Shown: piece by piece, positions 7,028 to 16,713 of the stretch
How the letters are laid out: every line of letters starts with the position of its first letter
Position numbering within the stretch: position 1 is the stretch's first letter
Assembly (NCBI RefSeq): GCF_018336915.1
Contig: NZ_CP064923.1
Span: 3,840,001-3,872,000 of the forward strand
DNA from: Acaryochloris marina S15
GTDB lineage: Bacteria > Cyanobacteriota > Cyanobacteriia > Thermosynechococcales > Thermosynechococcaceae
DNA: 32,000 nucleotides
Direction: 5' to 3'
Program-made: the position numbers and the translations under genes
Notes under the pieces: model-generated
The model's database searches: none
What the model was told of the DNA's origin: nothing
What the model saw: only the letters and a program-made list of their open reading frames with translations

Positions 7028-9391
7028 TTATTCCGCAATCGGTAAAGACAAGCTCGCTGGATTAGACCGCGCAGCAATAACCTGCTTAGCAGCTTCCGGC
7101 TTCAGGGGACGAGCAAACCAATAGCCTTGCCCAAGTTCACATCCTAAGGTGTGTAGATATTGCATTTGTTCTATCGTTTCAATCCCTTCTGCCACAACAT
7201 TCATCTCTAATCCATGGGCAAGGGCAATAATCGTTTTGACAATTTGATCTTGTCCTTGGCCAATCCCCCAGACAAAAGATCGATCGATTTTGAGGGTATT
7301 AATGGGCAAGTTATACAGATAATTCAAGGATGAATAGCCCGTGCCAAAATCATCCAAACTGAGGGAAATGCCTAAGTTTTGCAATTGCTCTAATCGATCG
7401 GTGACGTAGTAAGTAGACTCCATCAACACCGTTTCGGTAATTTCCAGTTTGAGATGCTGACCGGCGAGTCGGTGCAACTGTAGTAAAGATTCAACGGACT
7501 TAACAAAGTTAGGTTGCAGAAACTGTTGGCTGGACACGTTAATACTCATGGTCAACGGTACAGAAAATTGCTGCTCCCATGTCGATAGTTGTTGACAAGC
7601 CGCTTCTAAAACCCACTGTCCCAAAGGAATAATCAGCCCCGTTTCTTCGGCAACAGGAATGAACTTTTCGGGAGAAATCAGTCCTTGTTGAGGATGGTGC
7701 CATCGCAACAGGGCTTCAAAACCAACCAGCTGCTGTTGCCGCAAGCAGAAAATAGGTTGGTAATACAGTTGAAACGGGTTCTGCCCTTGATCAATCGCCT
7801 TGATGGCATATCTCAAGCTATTGCCTAACCATAAGCGAGAGCGAACTTGCCGATGCATTTTTTCATCAAAGACCACATAGCTCCCTCGACCATGGGCTTT
7901 GGCACGATACATGGCCGTATCTGCGTCTCGCAATAGTTCTTCTGGATGTTGAGACAAACTGGTGGAATGGGTAATACCCATACTGACTGAGGTAAATACT
8001 TCTTGCTGCTTGAGCTTCAGGGGCTTAGCCAAGGACCGCTGGATACGCTGGACAATTTTATGGGCTTGCTGATGATTCACCACTCCATCTAAGAGAATGG
8101 CAAACTCATCTCCTCCTAATCGAGCCAGCAAATCTTGAGGTCGCAAACTCTCTTTAAGCTGCTGAGTAATGGCAACGAGGAGCTGATCTCCCACACTATG
8201 TCCCAGGCTGTCATTGACGAGCTTAAAGTGATCGACATCCAAAAACAGAATGGCGAAATGACTCAGGGTAGGTTGGCGAGAATATCCTTCCAGTTGTTGC
8301 CGCTGGACCTGTTGCAGTTTGTGTTGCAGCTGTTCGTAGAAGTAGTCGCGACTCGGTAATCCGGTCAAGGTATCAAAGAGCGCTTTTTGTTTGAGTTCCT
8401 CGGCTGTCCGATGTCCCTCCATCGCAATACTCGCCAAATGGGTAGCGGTTTTAATGATGTTGAGATGATGAGCAGTCGGGAAACAGGGGACTTGGTGAGA
8501 CAGGGCAAAGGTGCCTAAGAGGTCTCCAGACTGGGAGAAAAAAGGCGTGGACCAACAGGCACGAATATTATGTTGTTGGGCAAACTCCCGGAAGTCCGCC
8601 CAGACGGGATCGCGTTGAGTATCTTCAACATAGACAGCCTTGCCACGAAAGGCAGCCGTCCCACAAGAGCCTGCATTTTCAGCAATCAGTAAATGATCAA
8701 AAGCGGCAGCCACTTCCGATGACAAGCTTGGCCCTGCTCCCATGCGCAGTTCCTGTTTGTGGGCATCCCGTAAGAGAATAGAGCACACCGTCCCTGGGGA
8801 CTGACTTTCAATCAATAAACATAAACTGCTGAGGATTGCATCTAGCCCTTGCCCCGTCGCCACATGTTCCAAGATTTGGGTCTGGGTTTGCAGTAGCGTT
8901 TCCGAACGTTTGCGCTGAATGGCCGTTGCTAACACCTGGGCCACACAGGCACCAAAACGGAGATCCTCTTGACTCCAATTCTGGGGCTCGGGAGTCAAAA
9001 TTTCCAGTAACCCTAGGGGGCGATCGGTTCCAGGGATGGGGATGCAAAGTCCGCTAATGAGTTGGGGTTGTGTCAGAGGAAGTTGTTCTGATTGCCCGGA
9101 AATAACGGCTGTTTGCCCAGTTTGCATCAATGCCTGTAACCACCGATAGCCCCGACTATCGATATCGGTGGCTTCCCCTAGGAGTGTCGCTTTTTGTTTT
9201 GCCACCAACCTCAGGGTATTGCTATCGGAGAGGACTTGCCACAAACTACAGTCTTCGACTGGCAAGTGGTGACTCATCAGTGCGATCGCATCTAAATACA
9301 AGTCAGTTAAGCTAGACCCGGACAATGCTTTCTGCCCTAATTCAGTTAGTTCCGACTGTCTATCTAGAGGATTTGTCGCAAAGTCATTCAT
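7028..9391 (-). CDS. GAF-GAF-GGDEF-EAL c-di-GMP turnover protein
   Basis: The GGDEF motif is intact (RLGGDEFAILL) with an RxxD (RPQD) I-site. EAL-domain signatures EALLRW, INVS, EITE, DDFGTGYSSL, KIDRSF, EGIET and GQGY are all present. The N-terminal ~350 aa are GAF-like. The start is uncertain: the ORF track uses TTG at 9472, and I prefer the first ATG at 9391 (MNDFATNPL). Confidence 0.88.
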   Translation of the reverse strand: MNDFATNPLDRQSELTELGQKALSGSSLTDLYLDAIALMSHHLPVEDCSLWQVLSDSNTLRLVAKQKATLLGEATDIDSRGYRWLQALMQTGQTAVISGQSEQLPLTQPQLISGLCIPIPGTDRPLGLLEILTPEPQNWSQEDLRFGACVAQVLATAIQRKRSETLLQTQTQILEHVATGQGLDAILSSLCLLIESQSPGTVCSILLRDAHKQELRMGAGPSLSSEVAAAFDHLLIAENAGSCGTAAFRGKAVYVEDTQRDPVWADFREFAQQHNIRACWSTPFFSQSGDLLGTFALSHQVPCFPTAHHLNIIKTATHLASIAMEGHRTAEELKQKALFDTLTGLPSRDYFYEQLQHKLQQVQRQQLEGYSRQPTLSHFAILFLDVDHFKLVNDSLGHSVGDQLLVAITQQLKESLRPQDLLARLGGDEFAILLDGVVNHQQAHKIVQRIQRSLAKPLKLKQQEVFTSVSMGITHSTSLSQHPEELLRDADTAMYRAKAHGRGSYVVFDEKMHRQVRSRLWLGNSLRYAIKAIDQGQNPFQLYYQPIFCLRQQQLVGFEALLRWHHPQQGLISPEKFIPVAEETGLIIPLGQWVLEAACQQLSTWEQQFSVPLTMSINVSSQQFLQPNFVKSVESLLQLHRLAGQHLKLEITETVLMESTYYVTDRLEQLQNLGISLSLDDFGTGYSSLNYLYNLPINTLKIDRSFVWGIGQGQDQIVKTIIALAHGLEMNVVAEGIETIEQMQYLHTLGCELGQGYWFARPLKPEAAKQVIAARSNPASLSLPIAE
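9282..9289. repeat. HIP1 octamer GCGATCGC
   Basis: Exact match read in the sequence. Confidence 0.95.
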
Positions 9392-9924
9392 AGAGCCAAC
9401 GATACAAATTTGGGGACCTGTTAAATATGCAATTGAATCACAAGGGTTAATACAACGAATGTTTGACTCCAATCACCCAATCTTAGGCAAACGGATTATT
9501 TCACTGTCCTAAATCCTAGCCAATTCTGTGGAGGGAGAAATATGTAAATCTACTGAAATTTTCTTTACAAAGATATTTATGTATCCAAACGAACGCTCAA
9601 TAAAACCTTCTATTCATTGATATAGCCCAATATTTTTTAGCAATCAAAAAACTTAAATCATACATAGAAATCTGTACTAATCCTTGCTCTCTCAACCTGT
9701 ATAAAAAGCTAAGCCTCAAAATATAGGCATCACTATAGATAGTTTTGATGTCATAGTTCTCTACATGCCTACAGTTCTCATCTCCTTTAATCAGTAAGCT
9801 TTGTAGGGCTATGTTGTCCTTTGCTCCATAATTTCTACTATAAAAACAGAAATAGTCTTCTACCACAAGGGACTATATTTCAATGGCACTGAAAATGTCT
9901 ACAGAACGGAATCTTTATGAATAT

Positions 9925-9959
9925 AAATAATAAAAAAGAGAGGCACATCGGCCTCTCTT
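9925..9959 (-). terminator. Rho-independent terminator of hemL
   Basis: The minus strand reads AAGAGAGGC-cgatgt-GCCTCTCTT (9-bp stem, 6-nt loop, + coordinates 9936-9959) followed directly by TTTTTTATTATTT. It lies about 57 nt downstream of the hemL stop. Confidence 0.8.
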
Positions 9960-10016
9960 GAATGATTATTTGCAAAGATGATCTTTAGCTGATGAAATCA
10001 ACCTCTAAATTAGATC

Positions 10017-11315
10017 TTAGATGTTAGACAATACAACCTTGGCGGCTTCAAGGGTTTGGTCGATGTCTGCATCCGTATGGGCCAAAGAGGTAAAACCTGC
10101 CTCAAATTGGGAAGGGGCTAGGTATATCCCTTTCTCCAACATTCCCCGATGAAATTTAGCAAACTTAGCTGCATCAGCAGCCTTCGCATCGTCATAGCTA
10201 TGGACAGGGCCAGGGGCAAAGAACATCCCAAACATGCCGTTGATATGTCCCCCACAGACTTCATGGCCTGCTTCACGGGCAATCTGCAACAATCCAGAGA
10301 TTAACTTACCGGTCACCCGATCTAACTGGTCGTAAGTCCCTGATCGTCTGAGCAATTCTAGGGTTTTGATACCTGCCGTCATCGCCAAGGGATTACCAGA
10401 CAATGTACCCGCTTGGTACATGGGTCCAGCCGGAGCAACCATACTCATAATGTCTCGGCGTCCACCATAAGCGCCCACTGGCAAGCCGCCCCCAATGACC
10501 TTACCCAAGGTGGTCAAATCGGGCGTAATGCCAAACTTCTCTTGGGCACCTCCGTAAGAGATCCGAAAGCCGGTCATGACTTCGTCAAAAACGAGTAAGG
10601 CTCCATTCTCTTTGGTAATTTCCCGGAGGCCCTCTAAGAACCCGGCATCTGGCGGAATAAACCCAGCATTACCGACCACTGGTTCTAAGATCACCCCAGC
10701 AATCTGATCGGGATGTTGGGAGAATAGAGCTTGTACAGACTGCAAATCGTTGTAGGGAGCGGTCAGGGTATTTCCCGTCACGGCCTTGGGCACACCGGGA
10801 GAATCCGGTAGCCCCAAAGTCGCCACGCCGGAGCCAGCCTTGACCAAAAACATATCGGCATGACCGTGATAGCAGCCTTCGAATTTAATCACTTTTTCCC
10901 GGCCGGTAAAAGCTCGCATCAGTCTCAGGACGGACATACAAGCCTCAGTCCCTGAGTTCACAAAGCGGACCACTTCCACGCTAGGAACGGCATCAATGAC
11001 CATTTCAGCCAGAACGTTTTCTAACAAGCAGGGAGCGCCAAAGCTGGTGCCTTTGTCTAATGCCTCTTTGAGAGCCGTGAGGACTTCAGGATGAGCATGG
11101 CCGCAGATTGCGGGTCCCCAGGTGCCGACGTAATCAATATACTGATTGCCATCAACATCCCATACATGAGCCCCTTTAACCCGATCAAAGACAATGGGTT
11201 GGCCGCCAACGGATTTAAATGCGCGGACCGGTGAACTTACGCCACCAGGCATCAATTTCTGCGCTGCCGCAAAAATCTCCTCTGACTTGGTTGTATTTAA
11301 GGTGTCAGTAAGCAA
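10017..11315 (-). CDS. hemL: Glutamate-1-semialdehyde 2,1-aminomutase
   Basis: Signatures present: [36 protein letters not shown] and the PLP-lysine context [10 protein letters not shown]. The ORF track starts at 11381. A TTG at 11313-11315, preceded by AAGGAG 6 nt upstream, gives a 432-aa product typical for HemL. Confidence 0.95.
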   Translation of the reverse strand: MLTDTLNTTKSEEIFAAAQKLMPGGVSSPVRAFKSVGGQPIVFDRVKGAHVWDVDGNQYIDYVGTWGPAICGHAHPEVLTALKEALDKGTSFGAPCLLENVLAEMVIDAVPSVEVVRFVNSGTEACMSVLRLMRAFTGREKVIKFEGCYHGHADMFLVKAGSGVATLGLPDSPGVPKAVTGNTLTAPYNDLQSVQALFSQHPDQIAGVILEPVVGNAGFIPPDAGFLEGLREITKENGALLVFDEVMTGFRISYGGAQEKFGITPDLTTLGKVIGGGLPVGAYGGRRDIMSMVAPAGPMYQAGTLSGNPLAMTAGIKTLELLRRSGTYDQLDRVTGKLISGLLQIAREAGHEVCGGHINGMFGMFFAPGPVHSYDDAKAADAAKFAKFHRGMLEKGIYLAPSQFEAGFTSLAHTDADIDQTLEAAKVVLSNI

Positions 11316-11578
11316 CGTTTTCTCCTTAAGGTCAGCTGACTCGCTGAATGGTTGAATTATCAAGGCTTTTGAAAGGTGCATTGAGCAAGTTCATGCTTAA
11401 GCCCTATCAACATAGTCTTACATTCTACTGTTTCACTCTATAAGGATCAAAACTATTGAAGGTTGGTCTACATTCTTCAAGTTTGATCAGGGAGAAGCGT
11501 AAACAATTGAAAAATTTTATACGCAGACAGCAAAAATTATAATCCAGCCTCTGAAAGGTTTCAAGGCCAAAAAGACTC

Positions 11579-13252
11579 TCACCAAGTCACTCTGTTTCGG
11601 AGTTGTTCCAGCAGTTTCGGCCCTATGCCAGGAACTTGATCTAAGTCTGCTAGGGAGGTAAATAGGCGTTCTTGTCTAGCTTCGATTATTCGTTCAGCCA
11701 ACTTGGGCCCCACACCAGGCAATGCCTCCAGTTCCGATTGATTCGCGGTATTCAGATTGACGAGGGTGGCTTGCTTCCCTTCTGGTAAGACGGGTTGGGT
11801 CGTTCCCCTGCCCCTCACCAGCAAATCACCACATTGACGTTGGTGGTCTTGGGCTTTTTTTTGGAGAAAGGCAGGAATGCCTAGACGGCTACTGGCATAC
11901 AACCGCTCAAATTCCCGGTGATAATGCTCTGCAATTTGAGGATGTTCCATCACCAGTAGGGTTTCATCATTGCGACGATTGGCCGCATCTGACCAGTTGT
12001 GAGATCCCACAATCACGATCTGACTATCAACAATGCCAAATTTATGGTGCAGCACATCTCCTTTAGGGAGTTGAGGTGTCCCTACGGTTTGCAAGGGTGG
12101 GGACCAGGGCCGATTTTGGGGTTCAGCCTTGCAGGTCAAAGTTCCACTGCGAGAGGGACTGAGGGTCACTCCTAGCATATCGAGCACTTCGCTATAGCTT
12201 TGATAGGCAAACTGAGGATCACCCAAGACCCGAATTTTCACCCCTTGCTGGTGCTCCCCTGCTAGCTGATCCACCAAGGATTGCTCTGAAAAGACAAATA
12301 ACGCCAAAGCAATGTTCTGTTTGGCTTTAGCTAGGGTTTGGCGGATCAGCCCGTTGGTACTGCGGGACCAAGGCCTAGAGATAGATGTTGGCGAAAATTG
12401 CACTTGCACTTTGGCATTACCAAGCTTAAGAGTTTGGGGTGGACGCCAGGGCTTGTTCACTCCAAATTTGCTATCCGTTGTCCGACCGGGACCATCTCCC
12501 CAAAGGGCCTTAAATTCCTCAGTAAAGAGCTGTGCTAAACCTGGGCTCTCCAGAACGACCAGAGAATTGGCATTCCCCCGACTATCTGGCTGATCTAAGT
12601 CGCCAAGTAGCCCAGACAAAGTAAAGTTGGCCGTCGTCACAATAGTGGTCTGCCCATCAATGACTACAAACTTATGGTGCATCAAACCACTTCCGGCAGA
12701 GCCATCGGCTGTATCATCCAGCCAAGGGATATCAGCTCTACGGAGTACCTGTAGGGCATCATACTCATGGATTTCAGCTGAACTCAGCTCGCCATCTTGA
12801 TTTTGGTCGATCAGCTGAAAATTGGCTTGGTATCGTTTCTTCTGCCGCGGATCCATCCGAGCCACCTCTTGGGACGTAAAGCTACTCCAAGGGCGGCTGT
12901 AGGTATTTTCTAAGATGACTCGGACCTGAACACCGGCTTGTTTGCGGTCTCGCAGGGCCTGGGCGATACGGGGCGATCTCAATTCCTGTATTGCTACATC
13001 TACTGTGGATGTAGCAGCCTGGATATTCTCGACAATAATGGACTCTAAATCATCCCCTGGGCGGGAGATTTGCCGATAGGAATCCGTAAAAGAATTAGCC
13101 AGATTCTGGTTCATATACACCTGAATCTGGCTATGTTGTGGGAGAGGTTGAATGGACTGGAATTGAGGTTGCGATCGCTGCCAACGATTCACCCCAATCC
13201 CTAGAGCACCGAGTAGGACCAGAGAGGTCAATCCCCATTGCAGCCGCTGCAT
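11579..13252 (-). CDS. Two-HKD phospholipase-D-family nuclease fused to a C-terminal ComEA-type helix-hairpin-helix DNA-binding domain, with an EF-hand-like loop
   Basis: HKD motifs HHKFVVIDG and HHKFGIVDS(..)GSHNWSDAANRRNDE are present. The C-terminus LVNLNTANQSELEALPGVGPKLAERIIEAR...LDQVPGIGPKLLEQL is the ComEA HhH pattern. There is an N-terminal TM/signal anchor. The loop DQNQDGELSSAE lies at 12773-12808. The first ATG is at 13252, and the track starts at TTG 13258. Confidence 0.88.
   Translation of the reverse strand: MQRLQWGLTSLVLLGALGIGVNRWQRSQPQFQSIQPLPQHSQIQVYMNQNLANSFTDSYRQISRPGDDLESIIVENIQAATSTVDVAIQELRSPRIAQALRDRKQAGVQVRVILENTYSRPWSSFTSQEVARMDPRQKKRYQANFQLIDQNQDGELSSAEIHEYDALQVLRRADIPWLDDTADGSAGSGLMHHKFVVIDGQTTIVTTANFTLSGLLGDLDQPDSRGNANSLVVLESPGLAQLFTEEFKALWGDGPGRTTDSKFGVNKPWRPPQTLKLGNAKVQVQFSPTSISRPWSRSTNGLIRQTLAKAKQNIALALFVFSEQSLVDQLAGEHQQGVKIRVLGDPQFAYQSYSEVLDMLGVTLSPSRSGTLTCKAEPQNRPWSPPLQTVGTPQLPKGDVLHHKFGIVDSQIVIVGSHNWSDAANRRNDETLLVMEHPQIAEHYHREFERLYASSRLGIPAFLQKKAQDHQRQCGDLLVRGRGTTQPVLPEGKQATLVNLNTANQSELEALPGVGPKLAERIIEARQERLFTSLADLDQVPGIGPKLLEQLRNRVTW
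13171..13178. repeat. HIP1 octamer GCGATCGC
   Basis: Exact match read in the sequence. Confidence 0.95.
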
Positions 13253-13263
13253 CAACAAAAGAT

Positions 13264-13986
13264 CTAAAAGCGGCTAAAAGTCCCTAACTCAGACTCTTCC
13301 AATACCTGCCGGAGAGAATCAACCACCACGGGGGCTTCTACATCTGGGTCTCTAAAAATTCGGCGTGGGGTAATCGATTTGCCATATAAATCGCGGTTCT
13401 TACCTCTGTTAAAGCCGAGCTTAGAGCCATCAATGGCAACACCACCAAACAGACCACTGCTGCGGGCATAGGTCAGAATCGGTGACTTGCTGTAATCTTT
13501 AGTGGGATCAACCGCCGTTGCTCCCACAGGACCCGCTGTCCCTGAGACACTACCGCCGATATCAAAAGACTTGGACAGTACTTCATTGACCGTGCTGCGG
13601 TTGGGAAACACCAAGACAATATCACTCGATTTAGCCCCAATTTGGAGGCCAAAACTGCCGCCAGTGATGTTGATAAAAGCGGGGTTACTCCAAGTGCCAT
13701 CTTCTTGTCGGAGCATCATCACCCCAGTGCCTCGGCGAGCACCAAATAGGAACCCCGCTTGGATGACACCTGGAAAGATAGCAATGCCTTCGCTTTGCTC
13801 TAGCAGTTCTGACGGAATTTGAGTTTTGGGATCACTCAGAATTTCTTCTAAGACATTCTGAGAAGAGTAAATAATCTTTTCGGCATGGGCCTGTTTCTCT
13901 ACATCTGTCGCTGCCATCGTCGGCATAGTGGTGGTGACTACGAGCACTGCTGTTACGGGCACAGCCACCATAGACTTAAATTTCAT
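13264..13986 (-). CDS. Secreted SYLF (Ysc84/DUF500) lipid-binding-domain protein
   Basis: A signal peptide MKFKSMVAVPVTAVLVVTTTMPTMAA is present. The blocks GIAIFPGVIQAGFLFGARRGTGVMM, GGSFGLQIGA and SSGLFGGVAIDGSKL match my memory of the SYLF/DUF500 family. Its stop lies 5-11 nt before the downstream PLD/ComEA start. Confidence 0.8.
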   Translation of the reverse strand: MKFKSMVAVPVTAVLVVTTTMPTMAATDVEKQAHAEKIIYSSQNVLEEILSDPKTQIPSELLEQSEGIAIFPGVIQAGFLFGARRGTGVMMLRQEDGTWSNPAFINITGGSFGLQIGAKSSDIVLVFPNRSTVNEVLSKSFDIGGSVSGTAGPVGATAVDPTKDYSKSPILTYARSSGLFGGVAIDGSKLGFNRGKNRDLYGKSITPRRIFRDPDVEAPVVVDSLRQVLEESELGTFSRF

Positions 13987-14240
13987 CGCTATCTCTCCCT
14001 AGACAAGACGAGCATATGGGTAATGACCCTAAATTTGCTGGAAAGTTTCAGCCTAGCCATCAATACTAAATGGTGCAGAAACTTTGATACCGTGCATATT
14101 TACAACTACGGTAGGGGGCAAACTAGCTTCAATCTCTTATTTTCTAGCCCTTACTTAGCATCGAAATCATGAAATAGCAAGGCTTTCGAGATGAAACTTG
14201 TTGTTTTAGGGTTCTAATTGCCCCCATTCCCCATTTAAAG

Positions 14241-16694
14241 ATGGTCCCAAAATTCCTTCAATTTATTCGTAACCACTACCGATGGATCTTCCTCAGTCTG
14301 ATCACTGTCACTCTATGTCTTTGCTGGGGCTTACTCGATTCGGTAAGGGGCCAACTCAAGCCTCTTCGAACAGAGGCAGCTCCTTCCTCAACTCTTCAAA
14401 TCTCGACTACAGACTTAGATCCCTATCGCCCAGTCGGCGAGTGGGTGGGACGGCTGATTCTACCGCCACAATCGGCGGATGACACAGATTGGGTCTGGTT
14501 TGAGGTTCACCATAGTCCCAATTCCGAGTTTGCCGGTCAAACAGTGCGATTGCAATGGCAGGATAATCCAGATGTCCAAGCCCGGATCAAACGGGTACAG
14601 CAGGATATCACACTCTCGGCAGAGGCTCACCAAAGCCTAAAGCAAGGCAATATTCACCCAAAGCGATTAGATGGACGACGACAGGTTGGACCGCTACAGT
14701 CCCTAGCAGGAGCAAGACCCACAGATGACCTACTCGTCAGATTGAAAGAGGTCCAAGTCGTCCCTGGCCCTCTTCCTCACCTCGACATTGCCGAAGATCC
14801 CGTACAGGTCGCTGGATTTAACTATGGACTCGTCAAAATCCTCGGTCCAGTCCCAACCTCTCAATCGGTTCCCAATCAATGCCCTGGCCCATCTCCTTGC
14901 CCCAGTGAATTGACTCAGGTTCGTCACTACAACCCCACCACTCAACGGTTTAATGGCCCAGAAGAAATCGTTCACATTCGTCAGGATCAGCCCAATTCAG
15001 CCGGTGTCTTTCAGTCCACTCCCAGGAAGTTAGCAGCATCCCCAGCCGGAAAAGCAGGCTGGTATATCTATGGCTCGCAGAATATGGAGGGGATATTTGA
15101 GGTCAATGGGATCGCACCTCGTTCTCTGTTCCAACTCCAGCCCGATCACCACTTCTCTAGCACTGGCGCCGGACTACACTACTTCAAACGCAAAGTTTGG
15201 CAACAAACGGCTCAACATAAGGGCAAACTCCAACGAGCCATGGTTGATAACCAGCAACGTCAACAACAAGCAGTCTTAGATCAGTGGCAGGAAGGAGATC
15301 AATCCCTAGTCGTACATCTCTTTGGCGGGATTGGTGGTAACAAAGCTGAACCCCAGGCGGTTATCGGTACTATCACGGGTCATTTTGGATATGGTATCGC
15401 GACTGTGATCAACGATCCCTTTACCGGGGAACGACAGTTTGATATTGAGTACCAACAGGTGTACGCCCACAACCCTGAGGGAATTGTAGCCGGACCCACC
15501 CATTGGTCAGAATATATGGGCCATCTCAACCGAGGATGGTTGGGGAGTCGGCCAGTATTGGACGTACTGGTCAAGTCTGAGGCCCTGACGCAGCCCTATG
15601 ACTTTGGCGAGATTGTTCTAGATCCCTTAACTGAGCTAAAAACTCAGCTCCAACTTATGGCGGCACGCTATCGAATGGGTGATGGCACAGGGTCTGCTTT
15701 GGTCACCCCGGCTAAGTCCTGTGTCCAAGATTCCAGCCAAGCAGTTTACCAAACCATTCGGCGAATCCAATATCAGGTGCAGATGTCTCCAGCCATTCAA
15801 ACTTGGTTGGCAGATCACCCACAAGCTCCTCAAACGCTTCGGTTCCAAGAATTAAAGACTTTAGGGAATGCCCTGGAGAAAGAGCTGGTTCCGCTAGGGA
15901 TTGTCCGCAGGGATTGGCAACAAAATGCCCAGGTTGCAGCAGGTATCGCTTTACCAGGAACATTTCGCCACTCAGACGATTTCTTAACTCAAATTCTCAG
16001 CTGGCGAACGCTGATTCCTCGGGTGGCCCAAGATCAAATTATTCGTATTTTCCTCAAGCAAGGCACCCCGCTGTGGTTTCTCAACACCAATCAAGTGGGA
16101 GGTTGGGATGCAGATATCAGCCCCCTAGCCCCCACAGAATTATTTGGGAAGTGGCCGATCGTTTCCTTTTCCTTCTCTCGACTAGTGGAAGGGACCACAA
16201 CGTTCCCGACTCCAATGGGATGGCTCGTCTCAGGGTTGGTTTTAGGAGGATATGGTCTCTTTGCTGTAGCTTGGGGCAGAAAGGTCGGGTTTCTGGCCCC
16301 ACCCAAATTTGCGGTTCATGCCCTATCCGTTCAAGTGAAAATTTGGGTCGGCAGTTTGATCATGCCAGCCCTAGTCGAAGAATTACTCTTTCGCTGCCTG
16401 TTGATTCCCCACCCCCAAGAAGGGGTGTGGTGGGTTACCCTGCTGCTTTGGTCAGGGTTCAGCTTAATCCTCTTTGTGCTATATCATCCCCTCAATGCCC
16501 GCACCCTCTACAAAGTAGGTAATCCAACCTTCTTTAATCCCAGATTTTTAACCTTAGCCACTGTGCTGGGTATGGCCTGTACTTGCACCTATTTATTCAC
16601 AGGCTCAATTTGGCCAGGTACTATCATCCACTGGCTAGTTGTTGCGATTTGGTTGCTGTATTTAGGTGGACAGGAACGCCTGAGCAAAGCCTAG
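14241..16694 (+). CDS. 817-aa membrane protein: unknown ~650-aa N-terminal domain fused to a C-terminal CPBP (CAAX/Abi) intramembrane protease domain
   Basis: An N-terminal TM segment (IFLSLITVTLCLCWGLL) is present. The C-terminal TM bundle carries CPBP motifs EELLFRCLL (EExxxR), FVLYHP (FxxxH) and IIHWLV (HxxxN/D-like). I recognised no family for residues ~40-650. Confidence 0.85.
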   Translation: MVPKFLQFIRNHYRWIFLSLITVTLCLCWGLLDSVRGQLKPLRTEAAPSSTLQISTTDLDPYRPVGEWVGRLILPPQSADDTDWVWFEVHHSPNSEFAGQTVRLQWQDNPDVQARIKRVQQDITLSAEAHQSLKQGNIHPKRLDGRRQVGPLQSLAGARPTDDLLVRLKEVQVVPGPLPHLDIAEDPVQVAGFNYGLVKILGPVPTSQSVPNQCPGPSPCPSELTQVRHYNPTTQRFNGPEEIVHIRQDQPNSAGVFQSTPRKLAASPAGKAGWYIYGSQNMEGIFEVNGIAPRSLFQLQPDHHFSSTGAGLHYFKRKVWQQTAQHKGKLQRAMVDNQQRQQQAVLDQWQEGDQSLVVHLFGGIGGNKAEPQAVIGTITGHFGYGIATVINDPFTGERQFDIEYQQVYAHNPEGIVAGPTHWSEYMGHLNRGWLGSRPVLDVLVKSEALTQPYDFGEIVLDPLTELKTQLQLMAARYRMGDGTGSALVTPAKSCVQDSSQAVYQTIRRIQYQVQMSPAIQTWLADHPQAPQTLRFQELKTLGNALEKELVPLGIVRRDWQQNAQVAAGIALPGTFRHSDDFLTQILSWRTLIPRVAQDQIIRIFLKQGTPLWFLNTNQVGGWDADISPLAPTELFGKWPIVSFSFSRLVEGTTTFPTPMGWLVSGLVLGGYGLFAVAWGRKVGFLAPPKFAVHALSVQVKIWVGSLIMPALVEELLFRCLLIPHPQEGVWWVTLLLWSGFSLILFVLYHPLNARTLYKVGNPTFFNPRFLTLATVLGMACTCTYLFTGSIWPGTIIHWLVVAIWLLYLGGQERLSKA

Positions 16695-16713
16695 GACAGG
16701 CAAAAACAGGTGC

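Noticed and set aside
8135-9315. Several 60-80-aa ORFs on both strands inside the GAF-GGDEF-EAL gene
   Set aside because: They are shadow ORFs within a strongly supported 790-814-aa gene and have no motifs.
9597-9866. 89-aa minus-strand ORF downstream of hemL
   Set aside because: It has a GTG start and an AT-rich composition rich in Y/I/K/N/F. It starts downstream of the hemL terminator with no SD and has no recognisable motif. I cannot exclude a small orphan gene, but nothing supports it.
11547-11567. Bulged hairpin GCCTCTGAAA/TTTCAAGGC after the PLD/ComEA gene, considered as its terminator
   Set aside because: On the transcribed (minus) strand the T-run precedes the stem rather than following it, so the geometry is not that of a canonical intrinsic terminator.
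15803-16522. 239-aa + strand ORF in another frame of the CPBP-fusion gene
   Set aside because: It is an Arg/Ser/Pro-rich shadow frame wholly inside a longer ORF that carries clear CPBP motifs.
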